A stretch of DNA of 63,337 bases, filler included, from Octopus bimaculoides (taxonomy: Eukaryota), in the NCBI RefSeq assembly GCF_001194135.2. It is 8 parts of 7 records of this genome, joined end to end, with 100 filler letters (N's around TTAATTAATTAA, not from the genome) between each part and the next. Parts side by side here need not be neighbours in the genome. Positions count along the whole stretch, not along the records: positions 48,626 to 50,229 come from NC_068988.1; positions 50,330 to 59,810 come from NC_068995.1; positions 59,911 to 63,337 come from NW_026349412.1; 5 more parts are not named here. One strand, given 5' to 3'. The notes under the pieces are model-generated. The model saw only the letters and a program-made list of their open reading frames with translations, ran no database searches and had not been told where the DNA came from. Made by a program: the position numbers and the translations under genes. Position 1 is the stretch's first letter, and each line of letters starts with the position of its first letter. This document shows, one piece after another, positions 48,526-60,581 of the stretch.

Positions 48526-48625
48526 NNNNNNNNNNNNNNNNNNNNNNNNNNNNNNNNNNNNNNNNNNNNTTAATTAATTAANNNNNNNNNNNNNNNNNNN
48601 NNNNNNNNNNNNNNNNNNNNNNNNN
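48526..48625. other. Artificial scaffold spacer
   Basis: N44-TTAATTAATTAA-N44. Confidence 0.95.
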
Positions 48626-49079
48626 ATATATATATATATACATATATTCATGGATACTTCGGCGATATCACAATGTATTTTTGTTATTATATATCACTAG
48701 ATGAATCTATCCCTTCAACTGATATGTCAGTTTCAAAGCATTCGTCTTTATTGAAGTTGCCTTCCAGGTGTGATATACATTACCTGTAATGTTTATCAGA
48801 TCGATCACATGTAACGTGCTCATTAATAACTCGCCAACTCACACTTTTATGCTGCATGATGGCATCATATCTAAATAAATATACTTCACATTAATTGCCT
48901 CAAGTAAAATATAACTGTTGAATGACAAATTTCCTAGACGTTCTTACAAATACAGTCGACGTGTGATCACTTCTGGAGAAAATCTTTCCGATAGCAATAA
49001 AGTCTTAACAGCATTAAATAAATATCGAATTTAGACACTAGGTTTTGAACAAAACCATTATCCACGACTCCTATTCTAT

Positions 49080-49337
49080 TCATTATTTACATTATTTACA
49101 AGTGACATATATTTGTCTTTGTCTTGTTTGTTGTTAACCCAACGTTTCGGCTGATATACCCTCCAGCCTTCATCACGTGTCTTGGGGAAATTTCGAACCT
49201 GGTTTCTCATTCCTAAGGTATTTTTTGATGTTATTATTATTATAATTATTATTATTATTACTATTCAGGTCACTGCCTGGAATGGAACTCAGAATCTTGA
49301 GATTAGTAGCCCGCGCTCTTAACCACTACGCCATATG
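49080..49337 (-). mobile_element. Composite: tRNA-derived head, (TAA)n, PLE-like hammerhead segment, (TGTAAATAA)2 tail
   Basis: Minus strand: gcatatggcgtagtggttaagagcgcgggctactaatctcaagattctgagttccattccaggcagtgacc - (taa)n - ...gacacgtgatgaaggctggagggtatatcagccgaaacgttgggtt... - tgtaaataatgtaaataatg. Confidence 0.6.
49136..49181 (-). ncRNA. Minimal type I hammerhead motif, core C3 mutated in this copy
   Basis: gacac-(G)TGATGA-a-ggctg(gagggtatat)cagcc-GAAA-cg-TT-gggtt: 5-bp perfect stem II, palindromic ACGT stem III, stem I with one mismatch. Confidence 0.55.
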
Positions 49338-50174
49338 CTCATCTCTTAAATATAGAACTGTATCCTATTGTATTGTCGATAAATTTTAATACCCAGTAAT
49401 TTCGCTAACAATAAACGATTGATTACATTATCCACGATTACAATAAACAACACTCATTCTATTACTGATACATATTACTATGGATTTCGATACCAGTACC
49501 TTTGATAACAACAACATGTTTATAACTTGATCTTTATAAAAAATCTGCTTCTAATGTGTTACTGATATATTGATAGACTGAGACTCACGAATAACAGGTT
49601 GTTAAAATAATCTGTGACTATAACAAGTGGCTTCTACGATATTACTGATGTTGTCTTATTGCGATGGATTGCAACGGAAGTCATACGATATAGACCAGGA
49701 ATTACTTTGAATTTACAAATAAGATTGTGTGGCCGTACATTCAAAACAATTTACGCATAGAGTAGCAGAGAAGCAGAGTATAACAGAAGATATAGTACGT
49801 AACAAACATGTTGCTGTTACACAAATGCCAAGAACTGTAGAATCGTAAAAGGTTGTTTATATCCATAATCGTTTTTCACTGGTTCTGTAAGGTGTTGACA
49901 GATACTTAGTAGTGAAATACTACTCCCTAATAATTCAAAAGTAATAAAGATTCATTACCTGTATAGAACATGCAAGTGAGATCTTTACGTAGCAACGTGT
50001 TCCACGTTCAATCGTATAATACGGTAGACTGGGCCAAAGGTTTTCTACAATATGACCGAGAACCCATTCCAGAAAGAAATTATTGGGTGGATGTTCATCG
50101 GATTGTTGGATGTATATCCACATAGACACAGACTCACACTCACAGATACACACACACACACATATGTATGTATG

Positions 50175-50229
<55 letters not shown>

Positions 50230-50329
50230 NNNNNNNNNNNNNNNNNNNNNNNNNNNNNNNNNNNNNNNNNNNNTTAATTAATTAANNNNNNNNNNNNNNN
50301 NNNNNNNNNNNNNNNNNNNNNNNNNNNNN
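50230..50329. other. Artificial scaffold spacer
   Basis: N44-TTAATTAATTAA-N44. Confidence 0.95.
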
Positions 50330-50674
50330 CACCACCACCACCACCACCACCACCACCACCTCCATCACCACCACCGCAGTCAAAATCGCCATCAGCATCG
50401 TCGACGTCGTCGTCATCATCATCATTGTCGTCATATATCGACCGCTCTAGGCAGTTTGAAAAATATTGATTGAAAGATCGGTGTTTCTTGTGCTGTCCTC
50501 ATACCATACGCAAGCACAAGCATACACACAAACACATACACACACAGAGACGCACACACACACACATGCACACACACGCACACGCATACACACATGCGCA
50601 TACACTGAAACTCGAACCTTCATATATACACATACAAAATACTTATTCAATCACACTACATGTGTATGTATGTA

Positions 50675-50710
<36 letters not shown>

Positions 50711-50962
50711 GTATTTATATGTGTGTATATAATTGTGGGTTGAATGTGGGTGTATACAAATACACATACATACATACATAAATGGATATATATGCATATA
50801 TATGTGTGTGTGTATATAGATAGATAGACAGATACATTTATATAGAGAGATATACACACATACACGTTCATATATGTATGTAAATAGATATACATACACA
50901 TAGATATATATGTGCATGAATACATATAAGTATATATATTTGTGTGTATATACATGTATGTG

Positions 50963-51036
<74 letters not shown>

Positions 51037-51608
51037 TTTGTGTGTGTGTGTGTTCATTGTAAAGTAAGTACGCCCATTTCTTGAAATAAACCATCCAAAT
51101 TATTCTTTCTTTTCTTTTTCCTTTACTATCTATAAACAATCTTTCTAGAAATCACTTTTCCTAATTAAGTGTCCAAAATATCTTAATTTTTTCTCTTTGA
51201 TGATCTCTAATAAAATTTTCGAAGTTTTGGGTATTTCTAATTGTTTGTGAGTAGTCTTATGTCCCGTTCATAATATCCTCATAAGTCTTCTATATGTCCC
51301 ACATCTTAAAGGTTTCTAATCTCTTTGATAAAAACCGTGTTATATTGTGAATTAATATAATTAAGTATGGCTTTGTGGTTAAGAAGCTCCTTTTGCTATC
51401 ACGTGGCTGTTGGTCCAGTCTTGACTCAATTTGGTAAACAGTTTGGAAGTTTGTCATATATATACACACACACATACACACACACATGGCAGATGTAAAT
51501 AAACACCCCATAAAACCTCGTTTTATGTTTATTTGAAGTTGACAAGGTTTATAGTTTTCTATTAATTGACATTTTTATGTTTCAGGTTTCGTATGTGACT
51601 GTTTAATC

Positions 51609-52505
51609 ATGCCACGTACAACAGAATCCTAGGAACTGTCTGAATTTCAAACAGGCCGTATTTTGGGTCAATCTGAAGGTGGTCATAGTCAACATAAAAT
51701 GGCAGAAAAAATTGGGATCCCACTTTCTACAGTTAAAAGAGTGAGGGTGCAATTCACCAGAGAGAGGAAGGAGTCCACATCACCTTCCCCAGGTCGACTA
51801 ACGCCCTCTAGCACGACCCTTCACCTTGCTAAGAGATGTGTGGAGGATAATCCTCGTTGCAAGATCTCTGACATAGCAAAGCACATTGATGTCAGTCTCA
51901 GAATAGCCGTCAGGTATTTTCACAAACTTGGCTACTATGACAGAGCAGCGAGAAGGAAGTCACTTCTTCAACCAGCCAATGTGAAGCGGAGAAAAGATTG
52001 AGCCAATGAGATGGTAGAAAAGTCACTAGCATTTTGGGACACTGTTATATTCTCTGATGAGTCCAGATTTGCTGTATTTTCTGACAGTGGTCGAGTATGG
52101 GTCTGGAGACTCTATAACCAAGAAATTTATATGAAAAGGTTGCAGCCAACAATGAAACACGGCCGCTATTCTGTGATCTCTGGGGAGCAATTTGGAGCAA
52201 TCGCCGATCAGAGCTAGTGGAGTATGGAGGAAAGATAAACTCAGATAAATATATGTCCATATTACAAAAAGGACTCCTCCGAATCTTCCCCAATGGTGAC
52301 ATGAATAAAGAAGACCTATTTCTAGAAGATGAAGCTCCTTGTCATACAGCTAAAAAGACCCAAGATTGGTTGAAAGAGAAAGGCATTAGAAAGCTTCCAT
52401 GGCCAAGCCAGTCACCAGCTGTGAACCCTAATGAACATCTTTGGGGCATAATGGACAGGGCATTTCGTAAAACGAACAAGAAAGCATCCTCAAAACGAAA
52501 TTTGA
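51609..52505 (+). pseudogene. Tc1 (DD34E) transposase pseudogene, 3'-truncated
   Basis: ATG 51609, TAG 51630, TGA 51999, frameshift near 52185. HTH region [15 protein letters not shown]; VIFSDESRF; FLEDEAPCHTAK...WPSQSPAVNPNEHLW with 34 residues between D and E. Confidence 0.92.
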
Positions 52506-52782
52506 ACTCAGATCGGAAAGAGTCGGAAGAAACACCGCGAAGCATTTTGTTCGACGCTCTTACAGTTCTCTTCACTCACCGCCTTTCCTTGGCTAAATAA
52601 CAACAACAGCATGTTGCGGAAGAGCACCAAAACATACGATGATGTATGAAGTGAGGAAAATTATGAATACATAGAATGAATATAGACATATATAAGGAAA
52701 TTTATCACCAAGCATTATGAGCTTGTACACGTGCATTTACACACACACGAACACACGCACACACACACACACACACATATAT

Positions 52783-52847
<65 letters not shown>

Positions 52848-53032
52848 TTGATATATACATACATGACAGCTGTCCACTTAAGAACAAGGAAGACTGCTAT
52901 AATCAACCGTACATACATACATATACACACACTACATACATACATATATAAATACATGCATATACATGTGTGTGTGTCTGTGTGTGTGCGTGTGTGTATG
53001 TGTGTGTGCGTGTGTACAGCTACTCAGAACAC

Positions 53033-53077
<45 letters not shown>

Positions 53078-53445
53078 TCTGTTGACATAGAAGACGCATG
53101 TGATTGACGATNNNNNNNNNNNNNNNNNNNNNNNNNNNNNNNNNNNNNNNNNNNNNNNNNNNNNNNNNNNNNNNNNNNNNNNNNNNNNNNNNNNNNNNNN
53201 NNNNNNNNNNNNNNNNNNNNNNNNNNNNNNNNNNNNNNNNNNNNNNNNNNNNNNNNNNNNNNNNNNNNNNNNNNNNNNNNNNNNNNNNNNNNNNNNNNNN
53301 NNNNNNNNNNNNNNNNNNNNNNNNNNNNNNNNNNNNNNNNNNNNNNNNNNNNNNNNNNNNNNNNNNNNNNNNNNNNNNNNNNNNNNNNNNNNNNNNNNNN
53401 NNNNNNNNNNNNNNNNNNNNNNNNNNNNNNNNNNNNNNNNNNNNN

Positions 53446-53483
<38 letters not shown>

Positions 53484-53751
53484 ATTGATGACGGTGATAG
53501 CGATGCTAGTTATAATGAGTGTGATTTCTAACACTGGCAACCATCCCAACTGTCACCACCACTATCACCCAAGGCTGTACACAAACCAAATCGACCAATG
53601 TTCCAAAGAGTAACTAACCACCCGCAACCGACCGACCGACCGACCGACCGACCTCCCCGCCTGCCTTCCTCGTTAATTGTCCAACGCTAAAAGCTTTCGC
53701 ACATTCAGCAATTCTCGAACATTCCTCATTAAAATATTAACGAACATGAAA

Positions 53752-54312
53752 ATGGGTAGAATGCCATGTATTCAGGGACGATGAGTTTATTTCATTAAAT
53801 CCACCCCAGCGTTTGACGAAGTCGGGTAATTTGAATTAAACCTTGTCGGTAGTTAATAAATACGTGGTTTTGGATAAAATTAACACCCGTCGAAGAAAAC
53901 GGGTAGAATGAATAAATTCTACCAGGAAGTAGTGAGCTAATTCCACTCTAATATTTAATAAGGATGGATGGAGTAGAAGTAATCCACCCCAGTATTAACA
54001 AAAACGGGTGTAATGTTTCAAATTCATTTCAATACTTGACGAAGGTTGTGGTGGTTTAAATCCACCCCAGTAAATAACTGTAATGACGAAAACGGGTGTA
54101 GCGGATTAAATTCACCTCAGTACATGACGATGAGTTTAACGTATTAAATCCACTCCGTAATTAACAAGGACGGGTGAGTTAGATTTAACCCACCCGTTTA
54201 TCGTCGAGGAGGAGTATACTGGATAAAATCCACCCAAATACTTGACGAAGGGTGTAGAATCTACCTAGCGAAGGGAATCAAACGAGTGTGTTGACTAAAA
54301 TCCATCCTTGAT
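53752..54312. repeat. Degenerate ~40-bp minisatellite, about 13 units
   Basis: Recurring taaatccaccccagta...tgacgaa...cgggtg. Confidence 0.8.
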
Positions 54313-54334
54313 GATAAAGAGCAAAACAAACAAA

Positions 54335-54480
54335 ACCTAAACATATTCTAACCATAAATACTAAATCCTGAAACCCAAATCTAACTAAAAACATGACTCT
54401 AAACTCTAACACATTATCCTACACCATAAGCGCTAACTCTCAGCCTTAATCTTAACTCTTACCCGAATCCTAGACCCAAG
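54335..54480. repeat. Degenerate telomere-like (AACCCT)-type hexamer tract
   Basis: aacctaaac, ctaacca, aatcctgaaacccaaatctaac, aactctaac, gccttaatcttaactcttacccgaatcctagaccc. Confidence 0.45.
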
Positions 54481-54646
54481 ATAGCTTAAATTGTTTGCTA
54501 TGGGAATTATACATATCACGTCTTCTGCGCATGGCTAATTCAATTGGCTAAAATTACATGTGTGTGTGTGCGTGTGTGTTTATGTGTATTTACGTGTGTA
54601 TATATATATATATATATATATACATGTCTGTGTAAATGTATATATA

Positions 54647-54689
<43 letters not shown>

Positions 54690-54690
<1 letters not shown>

Positions 54691-54770
54691 TTCCAAGGTG
54701 CCACGCAGTGGGACTGAACCCAGAAAGATGTGATTGGGAAGCAAGCTTCTTACCGTAGAGCCACGCTTGT
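54690..54770 (-). mobile_element. SINE family A tRNA-like head
   Basis: ccaaggtgccacgcagtgggactgaaccc...gcaagcttcttaccgtagagccacgc. Confidence 0.8.
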
Positions 54771-55784
54771 GCATATTATATTTTTTTTTCGAAAAGGCTG
54801 TTGAGCAGGTAGAATTGTTACAGCGTCGGAGAAAAAGCTTTGCGGTATTTCTTCCGACTCTTTTACATTCTAAGGACAAATCTCTCAGAAGTCTCAACAT
54901 TGCTTTCCCTTCCTTCGAAGTCTTTTCGCATTTTCTTTATTCCTCTGATGTCGCTTATGTCAATAAAGTACCGTACCAAACCAAATGCTGAAGTTGATGA
55001 AATAAACTACAGCCCAGCTCATCAAAACTGCTGGCTTTGGATCTAATTTTCGTAATTGGTATGAAAAATATGTGAAGTAACGTTTGATAAATTCGGAAGA
55101 AGTGTGACAAAGAGAAAAGATGCTCTTCGTCATGTGACACCTCGTATCATTTTGGAAAGCGGTAGGAAACATTGGACAATGTTACACTTACTTCTTAAGG
55201 CTAGGCTTGGAAACGTACGTCATCCTAATCTGCTTGATTAGAGCTGATGTAGAGATAATTAATTACTTCCACAACAAAAACATGGACGCGTTAGATAAAG
55301 CAATCCTGTATTATGACTGAGAACCGGAAAGCGAAGTTGTCGTTACTGGAACATCGGTGATTTATAAGTTTCTCGATTGGAGCCGACTTGCGAACGCGCA
55401 CATATGTTTATGCATATAACACACACACACACACATCCCCACCCACACGCCCCACAAACCCCACGCACACCACACGCCACCCACATAAGTGTGTGTGTAT
55501 ACACACATCCATGCATATATGTACATATATGTATATATGTATATATGTATATATATGTATACATATATGTATATACATATATGTGCTCATACGTATAAAC
55601 ATGCATACACACATATGCACACACACACACATACCCACCCCCACACACACATATATATATTGTTGTGTGTATGTGTGTATACATGCATCCATGCATATAT
55701 AAACATATGTATATATACATATTTTTTTTTTCTGTATATGTATATGTGCACATACGTATACACATGCATACACACACATGCACA

Positions 55785-55833
<49 letters not shown>

Positions 55834-55898
55834 GCAAGCATTCGTACTCAGATGCGTAAAGATTACATGTATACATATGCATATACACACACACACAT

Positions 55899-55937
<39 letters not shown>

Positions 55938-55965
55938 NNNNNNNNNNNNNNNNNNNNNNNNNNNN

Positions 55966-56020
<55 letters not shown>

Positions 56021-56620
56021 ATACGTGCATAATCAGAGCAAAAATTGATTTTTTTTAATATTTAAATATGAAAAAAATTCCATTCCATAATTCAATTCTA
56101 TGGTAATTTCTTGCAGAACAATCAAGAATTGTAATGCAATTACGATGTTTGAAGATTATATTTCTCGCTCAGCTTCTACCAGCATCACCTCTCAGAAATC
56201 TGGCATCGTTCCAAATGTCCTCTATCGTTGCAACTTTGAGGAACTTTCAGGAATACTTTACAGATTATAGGATTACAAGCATGAAATGCATTGCTTACAT
56301 GTATTATCAGGCACTGCATTAGTGTGTGTGTGTATATGTGTGCGTGTGTGTGGACTTGTGTGTGTGTGTGTGTGTGGACATGTGTGTAGGTATGTCTATA
56401 CTTATCTATTAATCTATTTATCTACTTCTGTAGCTGCCTCCCTAGCTTCTATCTATCTATCTTTTACCGCCTGTCCTTCTCTGTGTCTAATACCTATCTA
56501 CCTATGTATGTGTGTGTATGTGTGTGCGTGCATATGTGTGGACGTGTGTATGTATGTCTCTACCTATCTATTAATCAATTTACTTATGTGTCTGTCTGCC
56601 CAGCTTCTATCTGTCTATCC

Positions 56621-56675
<55 letters not shown>

Positions 56676-57635
56676 ACCGTCTGTCCATCTGTCTGTCTAC
56701 TACCTATCTACCTATGTGTGTGTGTGTACATATGCATACATATATGTGAACACATATGGTACGCGTATGTAAATTATACGTACATTTATTCAAGAATATG
56801 TGTGTATGCGTGTTTGAATATATTATAAATATATGTATGTGTGTATGTATATTTAGGTGTGAGTATATCTGTATATATATATATGATTCCCAAACGATTA
56901 TACGATATACGACATATTCGATTTATATGCACGCACATATGCACTCACACACAATAGGGGAGCCGTCTACGAATGTTTAATATTTTTGTCCAAAACCATG
57001 GGGTCCCGATTCGACCCCGTTGCGTGACATCTTATACAGTGCAAATATAAATTTCTTCAGCTTCGGGTTACCCTATTAATTGTGACTGAAAACTATGAAG
57101 CCCATCAGGTGGAATGGTCTTTTAATTCAACGACACTTCCTGGAGGTCCACTGTGTCCCTCTGATACTACCTTAGCTTTACGTTAAAGGCACACATGTCT
57201 GCAGAATACACAGCCACTTACTGACCAATTCAGTGAACAGGTGATCAAACAGTGACGGTCCGCGGTTGGCTGTGAGTACTTGTTATTGACGACTTGCAAT
57301 GAAGCAGAAATGCTGCTAGCATTCTCATCATCCATTGCAGGTAAGACTTTCGGCTTCCTCCGATATTTTTTACGTTCTATCTTTTACAGGTTTCAGTCAT
57401 CAGACGCTGTCCATGCTGGGGCACGGCCTTGAAGAATTTTTGGTCAAATGATTCCATCTGCAGTTTATTCTAACGGTTGCTTTTGTCGTACCATTAAGCT
57501 ACTGAGACGTAAACACACCATCACCGGGTCTCACGCGATGAAGGATAACAAACACAAACACAAAGATACACACACAGACACACACATACACACGCACACA
57601 CACATGCACACACACATATATATATATATATGTAT

Positions 57636-57973
57636 GTGAAGGCGCCTGGATCGGTGGTTTGAGCGTCGAGCTTACGATCGTGAGGTTGTGAGTTCGAATT
57701 CTGGACCTGGCTGCGTGTTGTGTTCTTGAGCAAGACACTTTATTTTACGTTGCTCCAGTTCACTCAGCTTTAGAAATGAGTTGCCACGTCACTAGTGCCA
57801 AGTTGTATCGGCCCCTTTGCCCTTCCCTTCCATAACACTGGTGGCGTGGAGAGGGGAGGCTGATATGCATGGGTGACTGCTGGTCTGCCATAAACAAATT
57901 TGCTTGGACTTGTGGCTGAGAAGATAACTTTCTAGGTGCAATCCCATGGTCAGTCATGACCGAAGTGGGTCTC
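57636..57973 (+). mobile_element. tRNA-derived SINE family C, full length
   Basis: A-box tggatcggtgg, B-box gttcgaattc, core gtgttcttgagcaagacactt...ctccagttcactcagct, tail cccatggtcagtcatgaccgaagtgggtctc. Confidence 0.9.
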
Positions 57974-57976
57974 AGC

Positions 57977-58007
<31 letters not shown>

Positions 58008-58403
58008 NNNNNNNNNNNNNNNNNNNNNNNNNNNNNNNNNNNNNNNNNNNNNNNNNNNNNNNNNNNNNNNNNNNNNNNNNNNNNNNNNNNNNNNNNNNNN
58101 NNNNNNNNNNNNNNNNNNNNNNNNNNNNNNNNNNNNNNNNNNNNNNNNNNNNNNNNNNNNNNNNNNNNNNNNNNNNNNNNNNNNNNNNNNNNNNNNNNNN
58201 NNNNNNNNNNNNNNNNNNNNNNNNNNNNNNNNNNNNNNNNNNNNNNNNNNNNNNNNNNNNNNNNNNNNNNNNNNNNNNNNNNNNNNNNNNNNNNNNNNNN
58301 NNNNNNNNNNNNNNNNNNNNNNNNNNNNNNNNNNNNNNNNNNNNNNNNNNNNNNNNNNNNNNNNNNNNNNNNNNNNNNNNNNNNNNNNNNNNNNNNNNNN
58401 NNN

Positions 58404-58441
<38 letters not shown>

Positions 58442-58846
58442 GGACACACATATATACATACACAATCACTCACAAGCACATATACAATCACACACAACCA
58501 TACACACACATACAAATATACACACACACACACATACACAAATACACAACCATATACACACACAAAACCACACAAAACCACACATAACCACACGCACACT
58601 CACATGTACACACAAACATTCACATGCACATACACACAGACACACACACCCATACACATACCCTTTACTAGTTGCCGATAACGATTTCGCTTCTTTCGGG
58701 AAGCGCATGCGCAGAAGCAAACTGGTGCTCTCGCCTTGAATTGCTCACGCAATGTTTTCTTTGCTCATACAATATCAAAGGTAGGAAGCTACATGGATCG
58801 ATACAATTGAGAACTTGGCAAAACAAAGGCGAGACAAATTTACAAA

Positions 58847-58924
<78 letters not shown>

Positions 58925-59048
58925 GGATGATAATAATAAAGGAGGCTTAAGATCAAATAAGGGTAACACTACCAGCGACTCGTTAGGATATAATTAATTC
59001 GTGCATATGTTTTATTTATTAGAATGAAAAAACTAAATAAGCGAGTAT

Positions 59049-59141
<93 letters not shown>

Positions 59142-59150
59142 TAATAATAA

Positions 59151-59617
59151 ACTGATTGGAAGTGTTATGTACATTGTTTTCTCTTGGTATAAAAGATGGG
59201 CTACAGCGAATATTATTCTTAATATCACAGGTTTGCTTGTCAGTTGCTTGATCTTAACCAGTTGAGCATGTCCCTTGGTGGTTGACGATATGTGCATCTC
59301 TGATCACGAGCAGAAGTAGTGGGGAGAATCATAGCCAAGTGTTGAGAATTCTTTGGGATTTAGATAATTCACCTCTGGAAACAGGGGTGTGTCGTTCAAC
59401 GTTCTTAAACAAGCCATATTCACGGACCTTTTGAGTGGGATGGACTACTCGACCTGAAGAAAATTGTAACTGGGCCCCACCTGCAAGGTTTATCTGGATA
59501 TGAGATTTCCATGTTGCGCACATATGGTTGTAATGCATGTGCCTGGTGTACCCTTATCACACGGGTAGTCATGATGGGTATATTGGGCTTCGTATATTTG
59601 TACCCCAGTATCACTCA
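59151..59617 (-). mobile_element. Repeat family E, bounded by (TAA)n
   Basis: Homologous to 22595-23340. Confidence 0.85.
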
Positions 59618-59677
59618 ATAATGATTATAATAAAGATGAGGATGCTGATGACGATGAACCGGATGCTGCTGCTGCTG

Positions 59678-59775
<98 letters not shown>

Positions 59776-59810
59776 TATTATTATTATTATTATTATTATA
59801 ATAACAATAA

Positions 59811-59910
59811 NNNNNNNNNNNNNNNNNNNNNNNNNNNNNNNNNNNNNNNNNNNNTTAATTAATTAANNNNNNNNNNNNNNNNNNNNNNNNNNNNNNNNNN
59901 NNNNNNNNNN
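59811..59910. other. Artificial scaffold spacer
   Basis: N44-TTAATTAATTAA-N44. Confidence 0.95.
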
Positions 59911-60128
59911 ACGTTGCGCCAGTTAACTCGGCTGTAGAAATGAGTTGCGACATCACTGGTGCCAAAATGTATCGGCCTTTGCCTTTCTCTTGGATTACAT
60001 CAGTGGTGTGGAGTGAGGAGGCACTGGGCGACTGCTGGCCTTCCACAAACAACCTTACCCGGACTTGTGCCTCGGAGAGTAACTTTCTAGGTGCAATACC
60101 ATTGTCATTCATGACCGAAGGGGGTCTC
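59911..60128 (+). mobile_element. SINE family C body
   Basis: Matches 57750-57973. Confidence 0.85.
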
Positions 60129-60387
60129 CTCATGTATATATATTGTCATATATATATATTGTGATACATTGAGTTAAAGATCCCTTCAATGAAGGAGCGT
60201 AGCCTAATGGTTAAGGTTTGTGTTCACGATCACATAATGATCGTGCCTACAAATCCTAGACTGGTTGAGAAAGAAATTTCATTTTCGGTTGCTTTTGTCT
60301 ACTCAGATGAAATTAGCATCAACCCTTCACCAATCGTCACATTGTTGAAATTCCGCTGGGTCAAGGGTGAAAGATCCAAGATGGTGT

Positions 60388-60475
60388 CTATATCTACTCA
60401 CTGGTACTTGGGTACCTAAAACAAGTAGCTTTCGTTACTTGTTTTACGTACCCAAATACCAGTGAGTAGATATAG
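60388..60475. other. Near-perfect 88-nt hairpin
   Basis: 40-bp arms 60388-60427 and 60436-60475 with 2 mismatches; the centre gc-tttc-gt closes to a 4-nt loop. Confidence 0.85.
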
Positions 60476-60534
60476 TATGCTACCAAGTCAAACGCGATTA
60501 CAAGCAACGACTAAATAAAACCCTTACATGGTAA

Positions 60535-60581
60535 AACGTGCTTTCACTTCACTACCGAGCGCAGCTCTGTGTGCCTTGGGT
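60535..60581 (-). mobile_element. 3' UTR end of the R4-like subfamily seen at 43438; remainder in the gap
   Basis: aacgtgctttcacttcactaccgagcgcagctctgtg.gccttgggt is near-identical to 43456-43502, and (TTA)n resumes after the gap at 60788. Confidence 0.8.

Noticed and set aside
52054-52064. CTGATGAGTCC, a perfect hammerhead core start
   Set aside because: It is the SDES codons of the Tc1 catalytic motif, with no downstream GAAA or stems.
53752-54312. CRISPR-like array
   Set aside because: Eukaryotic context, the whole unit is degenerate, there is no constant-repeat/unique-spacer pattern and no cas genes.
56117-56270. Candidate exon after a strong ttcttgcag acceptor (TIKNCNAITMFEDYISRSAST...)
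   Set aside because: Two frames are open, no family is recognised and no partner exon was found; it needs RNA-seq.
57636-57715. tRNA gene
   Set aside because: The A/B boxes run straight into a SINE body and the cloverleaf is incomplete. The same holds for the other SINE heads, so no bona fide tRNA or rRNA gene is called.
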